Below, one piece after another: positions 58,284 through 64,000 of a stretch of 64,000 nucleotides of DNA. The DNA is from a virus. Under the pieces are notes generated by a model, which did not search any database, was not told the origin of the DNA, and was given only the letters and a program-made list of their open reading frames with translations. Position numbers and translations under genes: made by a program. Where the stretch lies: positions 1 through 64,000 of the IMG/VR virus record IMGVR_UViG_3300044527_000952. One strand, given 5' to 3'. Numbering within the stretch: position 1 is the stretch's first letter; every line of letters starts with the position of its first letter.

Positions 58284-59627
58284 ATGCTTGAATCATGGAT
58301 CTATAAGCTGAACGAGAGTAATAGTCGGTTACATAAAGAATCAGTTATACAAGAAGTTTTAAATTTAGCTACGCTAGGTGATGAAAATTGTAAACACTTT
58401 CTTAAATTTGTATACTTTGCTTATGATCCATTTACCACTTTTGGTGTAAAAGCTGTAGAACCAACTGTTGGTATTATCAATGCTGAAAACCCATGGCAAG
58501 ACTTTAGCTCATTGTTAATAGAATTAGCTTTACGTACTTTAACAGGTAATGCTGCACATGATGCTATTGAAGCTATGAGCGTAAGATTTAATAGCCCAAC
58601 ATGGAATGATTTCTGTATCAATGTGATTGGCAAAGATTTACGTTGTGGTATATCTGATAAAACTATCAACAAGATTTGTAAAAATACTGAATACGAAATA
58701 CCGATTTTTTCTTGCCAACTTGCCACTGATAGCGAAGGTCGCCCTGAAATGGTGGGTGTTAAACGTCTTGAACCTAAACTAGATGGTGTACGAGTATTAA
58801 TGGTTGTTATACCACCCTCTGACTATGATGATAAAATTGTCGTAACATGCTACAGTCGTAATGGTAAAGTATTCAATAATTTTACACACATTGAAGAAGA
58901 AGTAAAAAATAATTTTGTCCGTATGATTCGCCTAGCATCATCAAGTAATTTAAATACAGGATTTGTGCTTGATGGTGAAGTAATGGGTGAATCATTTCAA
59001 GACTTAATGCGACAAGCACGTAGAAAAGACAATGCTGATGCTAGCGATAGTGTGTTCCATGTATTTGATATTCTTCCGCTAGCAGATTTTAGGCGTGGAT
59101 ATTGGAACGCACAATTAAGCAAACGAATTAAGATCTTAGAAGATATGCGTCCTGCCCTAGAAAATATGCCACATGTCAAATTGTTGCCACATATTGTCGT
59201 TGATTTAGACATTGCTGAGGGTAAGGATCAACTAGAGCGTTATGCCAACGATTGTGTTGCACAAGGGTTTGAGGGCATTATGATTAAAAGTGTAGATGCT
59301 CCATATGAGTGCAAACGTAATAAATTTTGGTTAAAATGGAAACCAACCATTTCAGTAGATTTAGAGATTGTTGGGGTAGAAGCAGGTACAGGACGTAATA
59401 AAAATCGATTAGGCGCATTAATTTGCGAAGGTGAAGATCATGGAAAGCACATTGTGGTTAACGTTGGTAGTGGGTTTAGTGATGTTGATCGTGATGATTA
59501 TTGGGTAAACCGTAATGTGATTGTTGGTCGCACTGTAGAAATTCTTGCTGATGCAGTAACGCAAAATCAGGATGGTACACATTCATTGAGATTTCCAAGG
59601 TTTCTACGATTTAGGGATGATAAATGA
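58284..59627 (+). CDS. ATP-dependent DNA ligase
   Basis: EPKLDGVR, LDGE, VFDI, EGIMIK, WLKWK, SLRFPRF..R.DK. Confidence 0.95.
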   Translation: MLESWIYKLNESNSRLHKESVIQEVLNLATLGDENCKHFLKFVYFAYDPFTTFGVKAVEPTVGIINAENPWQDFSSLLIELALRTLTGNAAHDAIEAMSVRFNSPTWNDFCINVIGKDLRCGISDKTINKICKNTEYEIPIFSCQLATDSEGRPEMVGVKRLEPKLDGVRVLMVVIPPSDYDDKIVVTCYSRNGKVFNNFTHIEEEVKNNFVRMIRLASSSNLNTGFVLDGEVMGESFQDLMRQARRKDNADASDSVFHVFDILPLADFRRGYWNAQLSKRIKILEDMRPALENMPHVKLLPHIVVDLDIAEGKDQLERYANDCVAQGFEGIMIKSVDAPYECKRNKFWLKWKPTISVDLEIVGVEAGTGRNKNRLGALICEGEDHGKHIVVNVGSGFSDVDRDDYWVNRNVIVGRTVEILADAVTQNQDGTHSLRFPRFLRFRDDK

Positions 59628-59872
59628 TTGTCAATGTTTTTAATATTGATGAACCATGGGTGTTTAATTGGTTTACGTCATTATGTAAAGCACATGAATA
59701 TAAGTTCATTGTTAAATTAACATTAAAAGATTCATTAGCTATTAAAGTAAGTGATCGTTTAAATGAGTTATCCAAAATTACTAACTATAACTTTTATTTA
59801 AGTAATGAAAGTGATATTATGGTAGACATACCTGACGAGGAAATTACGTACATTAAATTGAAATATTCATAA
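59624..59872 (+). CDS. Hypothetical protein
   Basis: Coupled ORF ending LKYS. Confidence 0.55.
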   Translation: MIVNVFNIDEPWVFNWFTSLCKAHEYKFIVKLTLKDSLAIKVSDRLNELSKITNYNFYLSNESDIMVDIPDEEITYIKLKYS

Positions 59873-59881
59873 AGGAAAAAT

Positions 59882-61075
59882 ATGGTTACTTTAGTTAAAC
59901 ATGAATGGCATAGTGTTGATAGTCAATTTGCCGTTGAGCTTGATATAGACTTGTTACAAGAAATTTATCCTGATAAGGATGAAGATGAACTACAATCAAT
60001 TCTTGATGCGGTAGAAGATGGCTCATATGATATTGATGAGCTTATTGAACATGCTTGGGATAATGATGTTGAAATTATGTGGGAACGCCAATATGATGAT
60101 TGGTATAGTGACCGCAAAGGTGGTTATGAAATTACATATGAATTAGGTGATGAAAATAGTTGGCATAGTGAACCTGAACCTCCTTCACCTACACATAAAT
60201 GCACCAAATGTCGTTGGAAAGGTAGCAAATACGAAACTAAAACTGAATTTTATAATGAAGATGGATCTATTCACACTGATGATGAACTAGAATTTCATCA
60301 CACAGGTGATGTATGCCCAATGTGCGATAGTGCGTTAGAACTTACCCCTGAAGGTGTTGAGCAAGAAGCCAAAATGCAAAAACTGTACCAAGAACTTGAT
60401 GATATTGAGTTGGATGATGATACTGAAGCTGAATCAGAATATCAACGTATACATCCCGCAGGTGAATATATTATCCGTATTTTTGGTCGTACCACTGAAG
60501 TTGGTGTTGGAAGAATTACTAAAGAACAATACGAACATTGGAGCATGGATGAACATGAATTAGACTTAGGTGCTGCTATTAATGAAGAATATGATTTCGA
60601 TGAAAATGAAACTCCTGAAGCTGCACGTTTTACTAGTAGTGGATACTATGAATTCAATGATGTAGCAGACTTTTATGGGATTGAAGAAGATTGTACGGTA
60701 GAAATTATTAATAGCGATGGTGAAACTATCTTTGAAGGTGAATTCTCTGAAATTTTTAATATCGGACATGGTGAAGAAGATTCAAGGGAAGAATGTTGTG
60801 AAGAAGTTGATGAATTGTATGCACATTCATACGGATCAGGTTACTTTCTTATGTACAAACAAGGTGGTAAAGGTGGGTCATATCAACATACATTAGTTGT
60901 TAATGAAGATTTAGACTTAGCTAAATTTAAAATTACCACGGTAGATGTTGATGGTACTAGTCATATTAAAGGTATTTTTTATGACAATGAACAGCTTGAT
61001 GATGAAGGTATTGATGAGGAGTACAATAATTGGAGAGGACAGTGGGCAGATTATTCTGTACATGAGGTAAAATAA
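59882..61075 (+). CDS. Highly acidic protein with Zn ribbon
   Basis: D/E-rich; CTKC..CPMC. Confidence 0.7.
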   Translation: MVTLVKHEWHSVDSQFAVELDIDLLQEIYPDKDEDELQSILDAVEDGSYDIDELIEHAWDNDVEIMWERQYDDWYSDRKGGYEITYELGDENSWHSEPEPPSPTHKCTKCRWKGSKYETKTEFYNEDGSIHTDDELEFHHTGDVCPMCDSALELTPEGVEQEAKMQKLYQELDDIELDDDTEAESEYQRIHPAGEYIIRIFGRTTEVGVGRITKEQYEHWSMDEHELDLGAAINEEYDFDENETPEAARFTSSGYYEFNDVADFYGIEEDCTVEIINSDGETIFEGEFSEIFNIGHGEEDSREECCEEVDELYAHSYGSGYFLMYKQGGKGGSYQHTLVVNEDLDLAKFKITTVDVDGTSHIKGIFYDNEQLDDEGIDEEYNNWRGQWADYSVHEVK

Positions 61076-62034
61076 TGTTTAAAAAATTTGTAATTGGTTT
61101 GTCTTTGGTTTTAAGTAGTATAACGTTTGCACAGGATAAATGGGTTCCATCATATACAGTAACGATGTTAAACCCATTTCCTGCAGGTGGGGTAACTGAC
61201 CAACAACTACGATATATTGCAACAAAATTATCTGAACGTTGGAAACAACCTGTCATTGTGCAAAATAGGTTAGGTGCTGCGGGAACATTAGCTGCAGCAT
61301 CACTGACCACTGCTAAGCCTGATGGACATACACTAGCTATTTTGACGGTGAATAGTTGGCGATATCCACACTATAATGAACTGTCATGGCACCCAATACG
61401 TGATTTTAAGTATGTGGTTGGTATGAATGCTTATACGTTGGGTATTATTGTTCGTGCTGATAGTCCATGGAAATCATTAGATGATTTGATTGCTGCGGGT
61501 AAAGCTGAACCTAATAAGTATAACTATGCTACCGTAGGAGTTGGGGGTGGTGGTCAACTTATGATGATAGAAATTGATAATACCACTAATGCTAAATTTA
61601 CTAACGTGCCTTATAAAGGTGGCACTGAATTTAACCAAGCATTACTAGCAGGTGAGGTACAATTTGTGGCTGATGCATCTAATTGGGCACCATTTGTTGA
61701 TAGTGGACAATTTAGGGCATTAGCGATGGCAACAGAAAAACGTGTTGCAAAGTATCCTAATGTGCCTACGTTAACTGAAAAAGGTATTAAAGTAATTGGT
61801 CAAAGTCCATATGGATTAGTTGCGCCAAAAGGTACACCTGATCATGTTGCACAAGCTATACATGATGCGGTTACTGATATTTTAAAAGAACCTGAAATGC
61901 AGGAATTGATGAAAAAGTTTGTATTAGTTCCATGGACTAAAACACCACAAGAATTTGAAGCATATGCTGCACAATATTTTCGTGATGTTAGACCATTATT
62001 AATCAAGGCAGGGTTAGTTAAAGATGCAAAATAA
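61075..62034 (+). CDS. Bug/TctC tripartite tricarboxylate transporter substrate-binding protein
   Basis: Signal peptide, PFPAGGVTD, NR.GAAG, PDGHT, VPYKGG, PNVPTL.E.G, APKGTP. Confidence 0.93.
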   Translation: MFKKFVIGLSLVLSSITFAQDKWVPSYTVTMLNPFPAGGVTDQQLRYIATKLSERWKQPVIVQNRLGAAGTLAAASLTTAKPDGHTLAILTVNSWRYPHYNELSWHPIRDFKYVVGMNAYTLGIIVRADSPWKSLDDLIAAGKAEPNKYNYATVGVGGGGQLMMIEIDNTTNAKFTNVPYKGGTEFNQALLAGEVQFVADASNWAPFVDSGQFRALAMATEKRVAKYPNVPTLTEKGIKVIGQSPYGLVAPKGTPDHVAQAIHDAVTDILKEPEMQELMKKFVLVPWTKTPQEFEAYAAQYFRDVRPLLIKAGLVKDAK

Positions 62035-62713
62035 CTACCATACGGTAGTAGATGTTGTGATTGCTAGTAGGAAAAGTGTACGTGGGTTTACGGAGCAATC
62101 TGTTGACCCACAATTAATTAAACATATACTTACTGTAGCATCACGTAGCCCAAGTGGAACCAATATACAACCATGGAAAGTACATGTGTTAACAGGTAAT
62201 TTTCTAGTAGAATTTGGGCAAGGTGCGATGGAAACTTATGCTAATCCTGAGTTGATGGCTAAGCAACCTAAAAAACCATTTGACTACTATCCTACTGAGT
62301 GGTTTAGTCCATATATTGAACGTAGGCGTAAAGTAGGATATGATCTTTATGCAGTGTTAGGTATAGAGAAAAAAGACAAAGATGCTATGCAAACCCAACA
62401 TACCAAAAATTATAATTTTTTTGGTGCGCCTGTAGGATTAATTTTCACAATGAATCCAAAATTATCTATAGGATCGTTGTTAGACTTTGGTATGTTTATA
62501 CAAAGTATAATGATATCAGCACAATCTCATGGTTTGGCAACATGTCCACAAGCAGCATGGATTTTAATTCAAGGTTACATACGTGAAAAATTAAATTTAA
62601 ACGATGATCTTGTAATTTGTGGTATGGCTATGGGATATGAAAACCAACAAGAACTTGCCAACAAATTAACAACAGAGCGAGAAATAGTTGACAATTTTGC
62701 TCAATTTTATTGA
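62024..62713 (+). CDS. Nitroreductase family protein
   Basis: SRKSVRGF, SPSGTNIQPW, FFGAP, GLATCPQ, CGMAMGY. Confidence 0.92.
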   Translation: MQNNYHTVVDVVIASRKSVRGFTEQSVDPQLIKHILTVASRSPSGTNIQPWKVHVLTGNFLVEFGQGAMETYANPELMAKQPKKPFDYYPTEWFSPYIERRRKVGYDLYAVLGIEKKDKDAMQTQHTKNYNFFGAPVGLIFTMNPKLSIGSLLDFGMFIQSIMISAQSHGLATCPQAAWILIQGYIREKLNLNDDLVICGMAMGYENQQELANKLTTEREIVDNFAQFY

Positions 62714-62762
62714 CTCAACTCGGTAATTTTGATACAATAGTATTATTCTTAAGGAGAATTTA

Positions 62763-63014
62763 ATGGGATCATTCAATCGTAAGATAGTTGAATCACTTGA
62801 TGTTTTGAATAAATTATTGGCACTTATATTTGTTGTTATGGCAGGTATAACATTTTTCGGTGAAATGTTTGATAACTTTTTACCTGCAGTTATGTCTGCA
62901 CTAGGTATTCTTATTGTTGGTATTGTCACATGTGGCTATACTGCAATTCTTATCAATGTTAATCAAAACATTGAAGCTATGCGTGATAAAATCAACCCCG
63001 CACCAAAGGAATAA
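62763..63014 (+). CDS. Small membrane protein
   Basis: Two TM segments; sigma70 promoter ttgact-17-tacaat at 62710. Confidence 0.65.
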   Translation: MGSFNRKIVESLDVLNKLLALIFVVMAGITFFGEMFDNFLPAVMSALGILIVGIVTCGYTAILINVNQNIEAMRDKINPAPKE

Positions 63015-63016
63015 AA

Positions 63017-63259
63017 ATGCGTAATATATTAGGTTATATCGTATGGTCAGCTAGTCAATGGGAAAAAGAAACTTGGTTGGTTATTTTTTGTTTTGTAGTA
63101 GGTGTTTCTAGTTTAATTGTTCAGCAACCATTAATATTTTTTGCATGTATGGCTTTAGTTCCAATAATTGGTTTAGGTTATATGATTAAAGAAAAAGTAA
63201 CCAAGAGTTATATCAAATACAAACGTATTAAAGAAGCTAGTGAAGATTGTCCGTTATGA
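63017..63259 (+). CDS. Small membrane protein
   Basis: Hydrophobic segments, SD aagga. Confidence 0.6.
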   Translation: MRNILGYIVWSASQWEKETWLVIFCFVVGVSSLIVQQPLIFFACMALVPIIGLGYMIKEKVTKSYIKYKRIKEASEDCPL

Positions 63260-63702
63260 GCGAAACTTATTATAAAAAAGTTGGGAGTAAGTATATACCT
63301 ATTTCTGAACATGATCCTAGTTTAGATCATGCCTTTAGTGAAGGATGCCATTTGGTCATCAGTCGCCCAGGCCACCATATCCGAAAGTACAACATAGACC
63401 CTGAATTTGCTCCATTAATTGCAGCAGCAACATTTGCACGTGAGGAGATTAGTAAATCATTGCGTAAAAGTTTGGAAATGCGTCCTAGTAAAGTTCCAAT
63501 TACTGAAGAACAAAATATTGCTTGGATAAGATTGTCTGAAGCTTTTGGAGAAGAATGTCATCCACTTCAATATCCTAGTATATACGAAGCAGTCGAGAGT
63601 GGATTAGCTGCACTTGTGTATGAAGCTGCACAAAAATTACAAAACCCCGCAGTAAAAGCAGCATACGATAATTTTATGATGGTTTATCAACTCACTAAAT
63701 GA
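63256..63702 (+). CDS. Hypothetical protein
   Basis: YYKKVG.KY.P..E.D..HLV...PG..IDP..APLIAAA. Confidence 0.65.
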   Translation: MSETYYKKVGSKYIPISEHDPSLDHAFSEGCHLVISRPGHHIRKYNIDPEFAPLIAAATFAREEISKSLRKSLEMRPSKVPITEEQNIAWIRLSEAFGEECHPLQYPSIYEAVESGLAALVYEAAQKLQNPAVKAAYDNFMMVYQLTK

Positions 63703-63902
63703 TGTCATTTTTATATAGAACTATAACTGTATGTGCGGTTGTTTTGTTTGCACGTAATGTTATATTGTTTTTAGATAAAACTTATGCGGATAAAGACATA
63801 CTTCCACCGCATGATTTGCGATATTATCATACGGATCACTCGGCACTTTGCGCCGATGGTATAAGAAAGTATGGTTATTGCAGTCAAAAAATCGATAAAT
63901 AA
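63699..63902 (+). CDS. Hypothetical protein
   Basis: Coupled ORF. Confidence 0.45.
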   Translation: MMSFLYRTITVCAVVLFARNVILFLDKTYADKDILPPHDLRYYHTDHSALCADGIRKYGYCSQKIDK

Positions 63903-63908
63903 TATTCT

Positions 63909-64000
63909 ATGCTCAAAGATTTTTTTACTTATAGTAGGTTTACGCTATTTGTTGCATTAGCCATTAGTGTTATTGCAGCGTATTATAGTATTATTGGATT
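63909..64000 (+). CDS. Membrane protein, partial (runs off window end)
   Basis: MLKDFF..ALAISVIAAYYSIIG; TAAATA 7 nt upstream. Confidence 0.6.
   Translation, partial: MLKDFFTYSRFTLFVALAISVIAAYYSIIG

Noticed and set aside
1-64000. Stop-codon reassignment, as seen in some jumbo phages
   Set aside because: Core genes (terminase, ligase, uvsX, thyX) are full length in code 11, and TAA, TAG and TGA all end genes.

Overview
AT-rich, densely coding 64-kb segment of a large T4-like (jumbo-type) tailed phage. It uses the standard genetic code, and its host is probably a Burkholderiales betaproteobacterium (inferred from the porin, Bug/TctC and BMP genes). Layout: (1) 0-17.5 kb has six clustered radical-SAM/twitch genes, a 1279-aa Trp/Pro repeat protein with glycosyltransferase-like domains, a BMP lipoprotein, a circularly permuted two-piece tmRNA and a seventh radical SAM. 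(2) 17.5-21.3 kb is a minus-strand module: LuxR/NarL regulator, coiled-coil protein, two fibre-like proteins and a papain-like protein lacking its catalytic Cys. (3) 21-36 kb has a P-loop kinase, ahpC, a homing endonuclease, a terC remnant, ahpD, dadA, a porin, a MoxR-VWA pair, thyX, NDP-sugar enzymes and spanins. (4) 36-47 kb has late genes, including the large terminase and proteins with T4 capsid-targeting-like N-termini. (5) 47-50 kb has gp32, uvsX and uvsY. (6) 50-58 kb is a hypervariable early region with repeated sigma70 promoter cassettes and a paralogous MNERI.. gene family. (7) 58-64 kb has DNA ligase, Bug/TctC and a nitroreductase. Two window-wide signals stand out: a TAAATA/TAAGTA late-promoter motif often only 4-8 nt before ATG (probable leaderless mRNAs), and an apparent strong depletion of CCAG/CTGG outside CCWGG. 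All family calls come from motif recognition by eye; no searches were run.
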